The position numbers and the translations under genes were made by a program. Shown here piece after piece: positions 31,069 to 41,743 of a stretch of 64,000 nt of DNA (its first letter is position 1; every line of letters begins with the position of its first letter). This DNA is from Leptolyngbyaceae cyanobacterium (GTDB lineage Bacteria; Cyanobacteriota; Cyanobacteriia; Phormidesmidales; Phormidesmidaceae): positions 3,072,001 to 3,136,000 of the forward strand of contig CBDHHL010000032.1 of NCBI GenBank assembly GCA_965263355.1, given 5' to 3'. The notes under the pieces are model-generated. The model saw only the letters and a program-made list of their open reading frames with translations, was not told the DNA's origin and ran no database searches.

Positions 31069-32499
31069 ATGTCTTACTCTCAGACGTCGACGCAGTCGAA
31101 GGCTGGTTATAGTGCTGGTGTAAAGGATTACAAGCTGACCTATTACACCCCTGATTACACGCCTAAAGATACCGATATTTTGGCCGCTTTCCGGATGACC
31201 CCCCAGCCTGGGGTTCCTCCTGAAGAGTGTGCAGCTGCTGTGGCTGCAGAATCTTCCACCGGTACTTGGACCACTGTATGGACTGACCTTTTGACCGACA
31301 TGGATCGGTATAAGGGTCGTTGCTATGATATTGAGCCCGTACCTGGCGAGGACAATCAGTATATTTGCTACGTAGCCTATCCTCTGGATCTATTTGAGGA
31401 AGGTTCGGTTACTAACTTGCTTACCTCTCTTGTAGGTAACGTATTTGGTTTTAAGGCTCTACGGGCTCTACGTCTGGAAGACCTACGGATTCCGGTGGCT
31501 TACCTTAAGACCTTCCAGGGACCTCCCCACGGTATTCAGGTTGAGCGCGACAAGTTGAATAAGTATGGTCGTCCTCTGTTGGGGTGTACCATTAAGCCCA
31601 AGCTTGGTCTGTCTGCTAAGAACTATGGCCGTGCGGTTTATGAGTGCCTACGTGGTGGTCTGGACTTCACCAAGGATGACGAGAACATTAACTCTCAGCC
31701 TTTCCAGCGCTGGCGCGATCGCTTCTTGTTCTGTGCTGATGCCATTAGCAAGGCTCAGGCTGAGACTGGCGAAATCAAGGGTCACTACTTAAACGTGACA
31801 GCTGGTACGTGCGAAGAGATGCTGAAGCGGGCTGAGTTTGCTAAAGAACTAAAGCAGCCCATCGTTATGCATGACTTCCTGACTGGTGGATTTACTGCTA
31901 ATACTACTCTGGCCCACTGGTGTCGTGATAATGGGTTATTGCTTCACATCCACCGAGCGATGCACGCGGTAATCGACCGTCAAAAGAACCACGGTATTCA
32001 CTTCCGTGTTCTAGCTAAGTGCTTACGGATGTCCGGTGGTGACCATATCCACACTGGTACTGTGGTTGGTAAGCTTGAAGGTGACCGTGCAGGTACACTT
32101 GGTTTCGTAGACCTGCTACGTGAGAACTATGTAGAGCAAGACAAGTCTCGTGGTGTTTACTTCACTCAAGACTGGGCTTCCATGGGTGGTGTAATGGCTG
32201 TGGCTTCCGGTGGTATCCACGTATGGCACATGCCTGCTCTAGTTGAAATCTTTGGTGACGACTCCGTACTTCAGTTCGGTGGTGGTACTCTGGGTCACCC
32301 CTGGGGTAACGCTCCTGGTGCAACTGCTAACCGGGTTGCCCTTGAAGCTTGTGTTCAGGCTCGTAACGAAGGTCGCAACTTGGCTCGCGAAGGTGGCGAT
32401 ATCATCCGTGAAGCTTGTAAGTGGTCTCCTGAGTTGGCTGCAGCTTGCGAACTTTGGAAGGAAATCAAGTTCGAGTTCGACACTGTAGACACACTCTAA
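31069..32499 (+). CDS. rbcL: RuBisCO large subunit, form IB
   Basis: [44 protein letters not shown]. Confidence 0.99.
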   Translation: MSYSQTSTQSKAGYSAGVKDYKLTYYTPDYTPKDTDILAAFRMTPQPGVPPEECAAAVAAESSTGTWTTVWTDLLTDMDRYKGRCYDIEPVPGEDNQYICYVAYPLDLFEEGSVTNLLTSLVGNVFGFKALRALRLEDLRIPVAYLKTFQGPPHGIQVERDKLNKYGRPLLGCTIKPKLGLSAKNYGRAVYECLRGGLDFTKDDENINSQPFQRWRDRFLFCADAISKAQAETGEIKGHYLNVTAGTCEEMLKRAEFAKELKQPIVMHDFLTGGFTANTTLAHWCRDNGLLLHIHRAMHAVIDRQKNHGIHFRVLAKCLRMSGGDHIHTGTVVGKLEGDRAGTLGFVDLLRENYVEQDKSRGVYFTQDWASMGGVMAVASGGIHVWHMPALVEIFGDDSVLQFGGGTLGHPWGNAPGATANRVALEACVQARNEGRNLAREGGDIIREACKWSPELAAACELWKEIKFEFDTVDTL

Positions 32500-32609
32500 T
32501 CACTAATGCTGGGGTAGCAGTTGAAGTAATAAAGCTAAAACTGCTGCTCCGGTTACTGCATCAGCTATTTGAAGCTGCTTTAATGCTTGTGATGCATTGA
32601 GTCTCACCA

Positions 32610-33005
32610 ATGGACCTAAAGCGAATTGCAAAAGATACGGCTAAGACGCTGACAAGCTATTTAACCTATCAAGCGGTTCGAGTGGTCATAGGTCAGTTGA
32701 AAGAGACAGATTTGCCTCGCTCTTACTGGTTCAATGAGTTTGCTACCCGAGATAAGTTACAGGATGGAGAAGTCTTTATTGCTGCGCTTATGCAGGAGCA
32801 GGCTGATTTAGCCCTTCGGGTCATGACTGTCCGGCAACATCTTGCGGAAGAGATCACTGAATTTCTTCCAGAGATGGTAACAACGGGCATTCAACAAGCG
32901 AACATTGAGCATCGTAAGCAGCATTTAGAGCGCATTACTCAAATGAGTTCTGAAGAACTTCAGGGTAGGGCGGATGCAAATGATGGAGATTCTCAGTCTG
33001 ACTAA
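32610..33005 (+). CDS. rbcX: RuBisCO assembly chaperone RbcX
   Basis: AKDTAKTLTSYLTYQAVR, LALRVMTVR; located between rbcL and rbcS. Confidence 0.97.
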   Translation: MDLKRIAKDTAKTLTSYLTYQAVRVVIGQLKETDLPRSYWFNEFATRDKLQDGEVFIAALMQEQADLALRVMTVRQHLAEEITEFLPEMVTTGIQQANIEHRKQHLERITQMSSEELQGRADANDGDSQSD

Positions 33006-33036
33006 ACCGTTGTAAACCGATACTGACGAGTAGATT

Positions 33037-33381
33037 ATGAAAACTCTGCCTAAAGAGCGTCGTTACGAAACGCTATCCTATCTTCCTCCTCTAAGTGATG
33101 CTCAGATCGAGCGTCAGATCCAGTATGTTCTTGAGCAGGGCTACTTCCCTGCTGTTGAGTTCAATGAAACTTCTGATCCTGAAGTTTACTACTGGACTAT
33201 GTGGAAGCTGCCCATGTTCGACGCTAAGAGCACTCGTGAAGTGCTAGACGAAGTTCAGGCTTGCCGTTCTGAGTATCCCGACTGCTTTATTCGTGTAGTT
33301 GGTTTTGATAACGTGAAGCAGTGCCAAATCCTTAGCTTCATCGTTCACAAGCCTGGTTCTGGCAGCAGCTATCGTTATTAA
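33037..33381 (+). CDS. rbcS: RuBisCO small subunit
   Basis: [28 protein letters not shown]. Confidence 0.98.
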   Translation: MKTLPKERRYETLSYLPPLSDAQIERQIQYVLEQGYFPAVEFNETSDPEVYYWTMWKLPMFDAKSTREVLDEVQACRSEYPDCFIRVVGFDNVKQCQILSFIVHKPGSGSSYRY

Positions 33382-33427
33382 GTTGGCTATTAGCTCAGTA
33401 CTATTGAGCTAGTAATTTCTGAGTAAT

Positions 33428-33456
33428 GGGAGCTGAGTACTCAGCTCCCTGTTTTT
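33428..33456 (+). terminator. Intrinsic terminator of rbcLXS
   Basis: GGGAGCTGAGTACTCAGCTCCC perfect palindrome followed by TGTTTTT. Confidence 0.75.
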
Positions 33457-33509
33457 GTATTAGGATATGCCTGCGAACGAGCTCCAGTGCTGCATGTGGT
33501 TTTGCTGAC

Positions 33510-34652
33510 ATGTTAAGAACAGTCAAAATTGAAAATTTTCGCAGCTTTCACCAATTTGAGCTAAACGATCTTGGCAGAATAAATTTATTGGTTGGTGCGA
33601 ATAATAGCGGCAAAACGTCGGTTTTGGAAGCTATTCATCTGTTGCGCGCTCAGGGGAATCCTAGAGCTTTTATCGAACTGATGGAAAGCCGAGGAGAATA
33701 CATAATCGGTGAGTCAAAATCTAACCGTGAGTGGAGTATTCGCCACCTTTTCCATGGTCATAGTTTTGAGGCAGGCAGTGAGTTTTCCATAGCAGGGGTA
33801 ACACGGAAGGCTGAAAACCCGGAGCAGTTGACCGTGTCGGTTTCAACTCATGATCCTCGGCGTCATGCTTTTCGTGAAGATATTAGTCGTTCTCTAGACA
33901 TAGAGAACGAAGATAGACTTAGTTTGTTTGAAGCTTATGACCTTACAGTTGATTGGTCATTTGGAAAGGAGCGTAACTCCTGGGATAGCATTGTGTCTCT
34001 TCAGGGCGGTTTATCGTTACTTGCTTCCCCCATACCACCTCGCCCTGTAAGAGCTGGTCAATCTTCTCCAAGCAATAATCTTAAAGTTGAATTTTTAACC
34101 TGTGCAGGATTAAGTGTTGCTCAAGTCGTCAAATGGTTTGACAAAATTGTATTAACTCCTGAAGAGGAAAATGTATATGAAGCGCTTCGAACAATTGAAC
34201 CCAATATCAAGCGAATTGCAACCGTCAACAATAGCAAGATATCTGAGGGAATATCTGCTCAGAAAGGGTTTGCTGTCTTAATCGATGACTATCGAGTGCC
34301 GATTGGCAGTATGGGCGATGGTATATGGCGCATGTTGGGATTAGTATTAGCTTCCATACAGGTATCCAATGGCTGTCTATTGATTGACGAAATTGATACT
34401 GGGCTTCATTTCACCGCAATGACCGACATGTGGAAATTGATTTTGGAAATAGCGAGGCGTCTAAATGTTCAGGTGTTTGCAACAACTCATAGTAATGATT
34501 GTTGGCAGAGTTTAGCCGCTGTCGCCAACCAATATGATACTAGCGATGATGGCATTACGATTCAACGCATAGAGCGAAATAATTCGATGAGTATTGTCTT
34601 CTCTGAAGAAGAAATGCTCATAGCCGCTAATAGAGGTATTGAGGTGCGTTAG
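33510..34652 (+). CDS. ABC/AAA_21-type ATPase (AriA/OLD-like)
   Basis: IENFRSF, Walker A GANNSGKT, signature SMGDG, Walker B LLIDEIDTGLH, H-loop ATTHS; ATG at 33510. Confidence 0.88.
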   Translation: MLRTVKIENFRSFHQFELNDLGRINLLVGANNSGKTSVLEAIHLLRAQGNPRAFIELMESRGEYIIGESKSNREWSIRHLFHGHSFEAGSEFSIAGVTRKAENPEQLTVSVSTHDPRRHAFREDISRSLDIENEDRLSLFEAYDLTVDWSFGKERNSWDSIVSLQGGLSLLASPIPPRPVRAGQSSPSNNLKVEFLTCAGLSVAQVVKWFDKIVLTPEEENVYEALRTIEPNIKRIATVNNSKISEGISAQKGFAVLIDDYRVPIGSMGDGIWRMLGLVLASIQVSNGCLLIDEIDTGLHFTAMTDMWKLILEIARRLNVQVFATTHSNDCWQSLAAVANQYDTSDDGITIQRIERNNSMSIVFSEEEMLIAANRGIEVR

Positions 34653-34654
34653 TT

Positions 34655-35308
34655 TTGAGCAGTCGTCACTATAAACCCAAGAAACTAATTGTTGAAGGAT
34701 ATCAAGATAAAAGAGTGATACCAGAATTAATTGAGGCCAATGGTATCAATTGGGGTGAGACACGTGAAGAAGCCATTGTTGATATTGAGGTTTATGGTAG
34801 CGATCAATTTATTGATTCAGCTATTATTTCTACCGAGCTAAAGGCGTCGGGATTATTAGCATTAGGTTTGATAGTGGATGCTGACAGTAATCTCAATAAT
34901 CGTTGGCAAAGCATCAAAAATGCCTGTTCTAAGAGCATTGCTGATATGCCAGACACCTTGCCTGAGACGGGCTTAATCCACACTACACAATCAGGAGTCA
35001 AGTTGGGTGGATGGATTATGCCAGACAACCAAGCACAGGGAATGCTTGAAACTTTTCTTAGCTATTTAGTGCCGGATGTCAGTGAATTCCTATGGCAGTA
35101 TGCGCAGGAAGTGACTCAAGTAGCTAAACAAAAGGGAGCAGCCTTTATTGATGAGCACTTTGACAAAGCCAATATTTACACTTGGCTGGCATGGCAATGT
35201 CCACCAGGACGTCAACTACACAATGCTGTGATGGAGAAAATTCTGGATTCGACGCATCCAAAGGCACAAGCGTTTGTCAATTGGTTCAAGCAGTTGTACG
35301 AACTTTAG
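34655..35308 (+). CDS. TOPRIM-fold protein (DUF3226-like)
   Basis: LIVEGYQD, GLIVDAD (DxD), WIMPDNQAQGMLETFL, DKANIYTWLAWQ; starts 2 nt after the ATPase stop. Confidence 0.78.
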   Translation: MSSRHYKPKKLIVEGYQDKRVIPELIEANGINWGETREEAIVDIEVYGSDQFIDSAIISTELKASGLLALGLIVDADSNLNNRWQSIKNACSKSIADMPDTLPETGLIHTTQSGVKLGGWIMPDNQAQGMLETFLSYLVPDVSEFLWQYAQEVTQVAKQKGAAFIDEHFDKANIYTWLAWQCPPGRQLHNAVMEKILDSTHPKAQAFVNWFKQLYEL

Positions 35309-35321
35309 TGTGGCAATGTTG

Positions 35322-35909
35322 CTAGACTTTGATAGCGCTGGGTTCGGCAGCGGCGGCGATAATGCGATGACAGCCTGACTCTGGGTAGGCCCAGCCGCAG
35401 TAGCATTCTTTGGGGTTGCCCCAGCATAGTCCCAGGTATAACTCACTGCGAGTGGCGCTGATATCTGCCCATTCAGTTTCTTGTATGTAAGTTTCAACGG
35501 TGGCGCTATCTATCTCAATGGGGTCATGTCCTGCTTCCCACAGCCTTAGGCCTGGGATGGAAGCATGCCAAAATTCGATAATACTTGATTTGGCCGTTGC
35601 CAAAGTAGCTTTATCCGCTGGGATCGCCGTTAGGTCTGGGTGAATTTCTGGCAGCTTAATAGTCTGGCCTTTAAAGGTACAGGGATGCCAGACGAGGCCT
35701 GAAACATTATGGTCTCGTTGGTACTGATGAATTTGATCGCGAAAATCTTTGAATGCAAAGACCTTGCTAAGTTTGTCTGCACCAATAGCTTTAGAAACGA
35801 CAGGATTTGCCAGGCGATCGTCAGTTGATAGTAATACGCGCTCTCCGCGCCAGGCGGCCTTGAGTTCTTGATCGAGGATGTCGATAAGTTCCTGAGTGGT
35901 GTAGGTCAT
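35322..35909 (-). CDS. Hypothetical protein
   Basis: 195-aa ORF with ATG start; no catalytic motif recognised. Confidence 0.75.
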   Translation of the reverse strand: MTYTTQELIDILDQELKAAWRGERVLLSTDDRLANPVVSKAIGADKLSKVFAFKDFRDQIHQYQRDHNVSGLVWHPCTFKGQTIKLPEIHPDLTAIPADKATLATAKSSIIEFWHASIPGLRLWEAGHDPIEIDSATVETYIQETEWADISATRSELYLGLCWGNPKECYCGWAYPESGCHRIIAAAAEPSAIKV

Positions 35910-36061
35910 TACTCTACCGGGCGGCTTGATGGCATTTTAGCAAGCGTTGTTAGTTGGTGCAGTAAAGTAACGGACTTGTTCAAGGAATTGAGGTAAAAGT
36001 GAGTGGGCAATAGTCAATGGCAGTGGTAAAAACATTGTATGCAATGTACCTGGGCAATGAA

Positions 36062-36252
36062 CGGTTGGGGTTGTGCCCGACATGGCAACGGTCAACGGTT
36101 AGATAACGAACGGAACGATGCCAGGAGTAATTCGTATAGGCCTGCAGTGTTGACGGAAGCCGCTACGTTTACGTTGGGTGGCTGACCGGTGCGTCCCCAC
36201 CAGTCGGTTGGGGTTGTGCCCGACATGGCAACGGTCAACGGTTAGATAACGA
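36062..36252. repeat. 48-bp perfect direct repeat (36062-36109 and 36205-36252)
   Basis: CGGTTGGGGTTGTGCCCGACATGGCAACGGTCAACGGTTAGATAACGA occurs twice. Confidence 0.95.
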
Positions 36253-37072
36253 CGGTGCGTCCTAAATTATCTGGACTGGTGGTATCGACAGTGGCGTAAG
36301 TGGGTTTGAAGGTAAATAGCCCTGGTTGTAGTAGATACGCAATCACACAGGGGTCATGGAGTGGAGCGCCGTCCATACCATAACGTTCTCTATCGTAGGT
36401 ACCGTAGTGGGTAAGTAGGTCGGCAGCCGCGTTGCCGACAGCGCTGTTGAGTTGCCTAAAGGCGGTTAAGTGCTTAGCGGTGGTGAGCACTTGATGGGTG
36501 GTGTCTAGGGTAATTAATTTAATGGGAATGCCTGACTCAAAAACCGCCTTTGCTGCATGAGGATCAACATAGATATTAAATTCGGCGGCGGGAGTTATGT
36601 TGCCGTGGGTGATGGCTCCTCCCATGGCAATGATCTGCTTTATCTTGGTGGCAATCTGAGGGGCTTGAATAAGCGCAACAGCGATGTTGGTTAAGGGTCC
36701 GAGGGTGGCTAGGGTAATCGGCTCTGGTGCCTGTTGCAGGGTGTCGATTAAAAATGCAACAGCGTGTTGCACCATTAGTGACTGTTTGGGTTCAGGTAGC
36801 TCTGCTCCTTGTAAACCGGTGGTTCCGTGGATATTCGCAGCAGTTGCTAAGGGGCGTAATATCGGTCGAGGACAGCCTGCATAAACAGGGGCGTTTACCC
36901 CGGTTAGAGCACAAATCTTGAGGGCGTTTTGGCTGGTGTAGTGGAGGGAGACATTGCCTGCGACGGTGGTGATGCCAAGGATATTTAACTGGGTGGGATG
37001 GGCCAGGGCGAGGAGGAGCGCGATCGCATCGTCCACCCCAGGATCGCAATCAATGATAATCGGACGCGCCAT
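36092..37072 (-). pseudogene. Inosine-uridine-preferring nucleoside hydrolase, interrupted by a 42-bp in-frame stop-containing insertion (36206-36247)
   Basis: DCDPGVDDA, AEFNIYVDP, LHDP. After GRTVV the insert reads I*PLTVAMSGTTPT, then DWWGRTGQPPNVNVA...SLSNR* resumes. Removing the insert gives 312 aa. Confidence 0.8.
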
Positions 37073-37161
37073 GGGCTGATCAAAGGAAAATCTGGCTGTC
37101 TAGCTTGTAGCGTATTCGATCATATACGCTAGCGTGGTAGCACGGTATAGGACGTAGTTGA

Positions 37162-38229
37162 ATGCAGTATCCCCCTCATCAGCCTGTCGTCAGAGCTTTA
37201 TTGTTTAGTCTGTGCTTGCTTGTGGCTAGTTGTGAAGGTAGCCCCTTGGGGAGTTCCCTGGAAAAAACCTTGGAGCCCGATCCACGTCTAGTGGACGAAG
37301 ATACTTCAGAAGAAGACACTGCGAATCGTGCAACAGCCAGTACGCCAGATGTGGTTTCTAGTACTACTGACCCAAGTACAACGGCGGAAACGCCGGTAGA
37401 AGACACGGTAGGGGCAGAGGCTGTGAGCCAAACAGAGGGGCCAGAGACAGAGTCCCCCCCCGCTCCTACATTTACCCAAGCCAGCTACATCGATATTGGC
37501 GAAGCACCCGAAGAACTGCAGCAGTACATTGAGGACTTAGTCAGGCTGAATGTATTAATGATGATTGATGTTGAGGCAGATGACAATATCGAACGTAACC
37601 CCAATGAATTTTTGCCTAATCAAGTGATTACTCGTCGTGAATATGCCCGTTGGCTACTGGCGGTTAATAATCAGTTTTATAGCGATCAAAGTTCTAAAAA
37701 GATTCGACCAGCGGTTGAAAGTGCCCAACCAGCTTTTCAAGATGTGGGTAAGGCCAATATTGATTTTTCAGCGATCCAGGGATTGGCTGAGGCAGGTATT
37801 ATTCCCAGTTCCCTAAATGGCAGCACGACAGTGGTAAAATTTCGCCCTGATGATCCCCTAACCCGTAAGGATCTGATTCTTTGGAAGGTCCCTCTCGATA
37901 CACGTGCACCATTGCCAGCTGCTACTGTTACCGCTGTAGCAGACGTGTGGGGGTTTCAGGATGCTGGCAAAATTGAGCCGATAGCCCTTAAGGCAGTCCT
38001 GGCCGATCATAGTAATGGAGATTTTGCCAATATTCGTCGAGCCTTGGGGTACACCACATTATTCCAACCAGATAAGGGCGTTACCCGAGCTGAAGCTGCC
38101 GCCGTCCTTTGGCGATTTGGTAATAGCACCGAGGGTATTAATGCCGCCAAAATTTTGGCAGCAGAGCAGAAAAAAATAGTTAACGATGCTGATGACGCTG
38201 AGACAGAAGACAAGAATCCAGAATCTTAA
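37162..38229 (+). CDS. S-layer homology (SLH) domain lipoprotein
   Basis: Lipobox LVASC; FLPNQVITRRE, FRPDDPLTRKD, FQPDKGVTRAEAAA. Confidence 0.87.
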   Translation: MQYPPHQPVVRALLFSLCLLVASCEGSPLGSSLEKTLEPDPRLVDEDTSEEDTANRATASTPDVVSSTTDPSTTAETPVEDTVGAEAVSQTEGPETESPPAPTFTQASYIDIGEAPEELQQYIEDLVRLNVLMMIDVEADDNIERNPNEFLPNQVITRREYARWLLAVNNQFYSDQSSKKIRPAVESAQPAFQDVGKANIDFSAIQGLAEAGIIPSSLNGSTTVVKFRPDDPLTRKDLILWKVPLDTRAPLPAATVTAVADVWGFQDAGKIEPIALKAVLADHSNGDFANIRRALGYTTLFQPDKGVTRAEAAAVLWRFGNSTEGINAAKILAAEQKKIVNDADDAETEDKNPES

Positions 38230-38270
38230 CCTTTGTAGGGGCGTTGCATGCAACGCCCCTACAAAGGTTA
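38227..38270. repeat. 44-bp perfect palindrome with GTAG REP core; likely also a terminator
   Basis: TAACCTTTGTAGGGGCGTTGCA|TGCAACGCCCCTACAAAGGTTA. Confidence 0.8.
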
Positions 38271-38335
38271 GACTGCAATAGCATTAGAAAATTTCCTAAT
38301 ACCCCCACGACATGGGAGAATGAAGCCCGCTTATT

Positions 38336-39634
38336 TTGTCAGGTAAAAATGTGGTGAAGGCCATTGTGATTGGTAGTGGTGGGCGTGAACACGCCATGGC
38401 ATGGGCATTGTTACAGTCGCCTAAGGTGACTGCAGTGGTGTGCATTCCGGGGAATGGTGGTACGGCTACACTACCGGGCTGTAGCAATTTAGCTATGTCC
38501 GTTGATGATGTGGAGGGGATTGCTCGGTTTTGTTTGGTACAAAATATGGGCCTGGTGGCGATTGGTCCAGAACAGCCCCTAGCCGATGGTGTTGCTGACG
38601 GGCTGCGGGCCCAAGGGATTACTGTGTTTGGCCCTGGGCAAGATGGCGCGCAGCTAGAAGCTAGCAAGGTTTGGGCAAAGGCGTTAATGCAAGAGGTAGG
38701 GATTCCCACCGCAGCCAGTGCTGTATTTGATAATGGCCAAGAGGCTATTGCCTATGTGGAGATGCAGGGAGTGCCGATTGTCATCAAGGCAGATGGATTG
38801 GCGGCGGGTAAGGGGGTGACCGTGGCCATAACCCTGGAGGAAGCGAAGGCTGCGATCGCATCTATGTTTAATGGTCAGTTTGGTGCGGCAGGCGATCGGG
38901 TGGTGATTGAAGAATTTCTCACCGGTCAAGAAGCGTCGGTTCTGGCCGTAACTGATGGTGTAACGATTCGTCCCCTGATGCCAGCCCAAGATCATAAACA
39001 GGTGGGTGAAGGAGATACCGGTCCTAATACTGGTGGTATGGGAGCCTATGCGCCGACTCCAGTAGTCCCTCCAGAGCTGTTGGATCGGATACAAACTGAG
39101 ATACTAGAGCCTATGCTACAGGGTTTAAAAGATCGGGGGATTGATTACCGGGGTGTGGTTTATGCAGGCTTGATGATTTCCCCCGAAGGTGACCCCAAAG
39201 TGATTGAGTTTAACTGTCGTTTTGGTGATCCTGAAACTCAGGTAGTGCTGCCATTATTAGAGACACCGTTAGATCAGATTATGTTGGCCTGCTGTGAGCA
39301 GCGGCTGGAAGACTTGCCTGACTTTGAGTGGAAGTCAGGCTATGCGGCTTGTGTGGTGATGGCGGCTGAGGGCTATCCTGGCAAATATCCCAAGGGTATG
39401 GTCATTAGTGGTATTGATGCGGCGACCAATACTGGTGCAATGGTATTCCATGCCGGGACACAATTGGAAAAAGGTGTGGTCCGATCCAGTGGCGGTCGAG
39501 TCTTAGGTGTGACTGCTGTCAGTGAAGGATTTGAGAGTGCGATCGCAGATGCCTACCAGGCTGTCAATGCTATCCAGTTTGAAAATGCTTACTATCGAAA
39601 AGACATTGGCCATCGTGTTAGGAAGCAGTTTTGA
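38336..39634 (+). CDS. purD: Phosphoribosylamine--glycine ligase
   Basis: GSGGREHA, KADGLAAGKGV, QDHK, NTGGMGAY, EFNCRFGDPE. Confidence 0.97.
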   Translation: MSGKNVVKAIVIGSGGREHAMAWALLQSPKVTAVVCIPGNGGTATLPGCSNLAMSVDDVEGIARFCLVQNMGLVAIGPEQPLADGVADGLRAQGITVFGPGQDGAQLEASKVWAKALMQEVGIPTAASAVFDNGQEAIAYVEMQGVPIVIKADGLAAGKGVTVAITLEEAKAAIASMFNGQFGAAGDRVVIEEFLTGQEASVLAVTDGVTIRPLMPAQDHKQVGEGDTGPNTGGMGAYAPTPVVPPELLDRIQTEILEPMLQGLKDRGIDYRGVVYAGLMISPEGDPKVIEFNCRFGDPETQVVLPLLETPLDQIMLACCEQRLEDLPDFEWKSGYAACVVMAAEGYPGKYPKGMVISGIDAATNTGAMVFHAGTQLEKGVVRSSGGRVLGVTAVSEGFESAIADAYQAVNAIQFENAYYRKDIGHRVRKQF

Positions 39635-39715
39635 GCCCATTCACTGCCTACCCCCTATTCCCACTCCCCGCTAGAATTCATGTCACAATAGCGTTGAGCG
39701 GTTTATGCAGATTGA

Positions 39716-41743
39716 ATGGTTGAGCTGTTTCAAACAATTCGTATTCTAATCGCCGATTGGTGGAAAGATTTTACGCTTCAGACGCGGTTAATGGCAGCGG
39801 CCACATTGGTTGTATCTCTAGTTATGAGCAGCCTGACATTTTGGGCCGTCAATACGATTCAGCTCGATGCCCGTTTGAATGACACTCGTTTTGGGCGTGA
39901 TCTAGGCCTGCTGTTAGCTGCCAACACCGCACCATTGGTCGAATCTCAACAGCTGGATGAACTGGCGCTATTTTCTCGACGTTTTATGGAAAGTACGTCG
40001 AGTATTCGCTATATGCTCTATGCCAATCCAGAAGGAAATATTTTTTTTGGTATCCCTTACTACTCTGGCTCAGCGGCCCAAAACTCGCTTACCTTGAGCC
40101 GGCGCATGCAGCTTCCAGAGAACTATGTTAATAATGTCGATTTGCCGATGGTGCGGCAACATCTTACACCAGCAGGGGAAGTGACCGATGTATTTGTACC
40201 CCTTAAAACAAGGGGTAATCAATATCTGGGGGTATTAGCCCTGGGCATTAATCCTAACCCAACGGTAGTAGCTTCCTCACACCTGACTCGTGATGTCACG
40301 ATTGCGGTATTTGTTTGTATTTGGGTGATGGTGATTTTAGGGGCGGTGTTTAATGCGCTGACAATTACTCAACCCATTAAAGAACTCCTGACTGGTGTGA
40401 AAAATATTGCTGCCGGTAATTTTAAGCAGCGGATTGATCTTTCTCGTGGTGGTGATGAGTTGGGTGAACTCATTCAGAGCTTTAACTATATGGCAGAGCG
40501 ACTTGAGCGCTATGAAGAACAAAATATTGAAGAATTAACTGCTGAGAAAGCAAAACTAGAACGGCTGGTTTCTACGATTGCCGATGGAGCAATTTTGATC
40601 GATGCCAACATGGAAGTGGTTTTGGCTAATACGGCAGCGAGCCGCATTTTTGGTTGGGATGTGCAGCTCCCTCCCGATGGCAACGTATTGAAGCATCTGC
40701 CCTCCGAGGTCAGGGTGCAAATGACCCGACCGCTTTATCAGGCGGCCCAAGGAGCTTCCTCTGAAAGCCAAGAGTTTCGTATTGCCTTGACTGAGCCTGT
40801 TAGCCGTACTATTCGCGTATTACTAAATTCTGTTTTGGACCAGTCAGGAGAAACCGTTAAAGGGATTGCGTTGACGATTCAGGATATCACCCGAGAAGTG
40901 GCTTTAAATGCGGCCAAAAGCCAATTTATTAGCAATATTTCCCATGAACTTCGGACACCTTTGTTTAATATCAAGTCGTTTATTGAAACCCTTTACGAAT
41001 ATGGTGAAGACTTGTCTGATCGTGAGCGTCAGGAGTTTTTGGAGACAGCGAACCATGAAACTGATCGACTGACGCGGTTAGTAAATGATGTTCTAGATTT
41101 ATCACGGTTGGAGTCTAATCGTCGCTATCAGTTCAATGCATTAGATATTCATCAACCCATTGAACAGATTCTGCGCACCTATCAACTCAATGCCAAGGAT
41201 AAGGGAATTGAGTTGATTCAAGAGATTGAGGTAGGACTCCCTCCCGTACGGGGGAACTACGATCTGATGTTGCAAGTATTTGGTAATTTAGTGGGCAACG
41301 GCCTAAAATTTTCCAGTGCGGGAGGCTGTGTTGCGATTCGAGCCTATCGAGCCCCCTCAATGGTTGATGATCACCCTGACTTTGCCGGTAATCATGTCCG
41401 CATTGAAATTGCAGATACGGGTATAGGCATTGCTCCTGAGGATCAAGATGCAATTTTTGATCGCTTCTATCGAGTCGAGAATCGGGTTCATACCCTTGAA
41501 GGCACTGGACTTGGGCTGTCTATTGTTAAAAATATTATCAATAAACACAGTAGCAAGATGTGCCTGGTCAGCGAAGTTGGGGTGGGCACGACATTTTGGT
41601 TTGACCTAGCTGTTTATGAAGCTCCCCTGGTTAAGGCTGAAGCAGAGGAGCTAAGGGCTGCTAAGGCTCACGGTTCTAACACTCATGGAGAGGGTGCGAT
41701 CGCACCTGTAGTTGTCCAATCTACACCACCGGAGTTAACCTAA
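39716..41743 (+). CDS. nblS: Sensor histidine kinase Hik33/NblS/DspA (TM-HAMP-PAS-HisKA-HATPase)
   Basis: FTLQTRLMAAATLVVSL, NDTRFGRDLGLLLA, SHELRTPLFNIKSF, G-boxes; adjacent to purD. Confidence 0.92.
   Translation: MVELFQTIRILIADWWKDFTLQTRLMAAATLVVSLVMSSLTFWAVNTIQLDARLNDTRFGRDLGLLLAANTAPLVESQQLDELALFSRRFMESTSSIRYMLYANPEGNIFFGIPYYSGSAAQNSLTLSRRMQLPENYVNNVDLPMVRQHLTPAGEVTDVFVPLKTRGNQYLGVLALGINPNPTVVASSHLTRDVTIAVFVCIWVMVILGAVFNALTITQPIKELLTGVKNIAAGNFKQRIDLSRGGDELGELIQSFNYMAERLERYEEQNIEELTAEKAKLERLVSTIADGAILIDANMEVVLANTAASRIFGWDVQLPPDGNVLKHLPSEVRVQMTRPLYQAAQGASSESQEFRIALTEPVSRTIRVLLNSVLDQSGETVKGIALTIQDITREVALNAAKSQFISNISHELRTPLFNIKSFIETLYEYGEDLSDRERQEFLETANHETDRLTRLVNDVLDLSRLESNRRYQFNALDIHQPIEQILRTYQLNAKDKGIELIQEIEVGLPPVRGNYDLMLQVFGNLVGNGLKFSSAGGCVAIRAYRAPSMVDDHPDFAGNHVRIEIADTGIGIAPEDQDAIFDRFYRVENRVHTLEGTGLGLSIVKNIINKHSSKMCLVSEVGVGTTFWFDLAVYEAPLVKAEAEELRAAKAHGSNTHGEGAIAPVVVQSTPPELT

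Noticed and set aside
33426..33509. N-terminal extension of the ATPase ORF
   Set aside because: Overlaps the rbcS terminator; family-like sequence begins at ATG 33510
33510..35308. Absence of HIP1 as proof of recent transfer of the ATPase-TOPRIM pair
   Set aside because: I saw none in the much longer native gltB either, so absence over 1.8 kb is not informative
36062..36252. 48-bp direct repeat as a mini-CRISPR or att sites
   Set aside because: Only two copies; the 95-bp intervening DNA is the hydrolase C-terminus; no integrase or cas gene nearby
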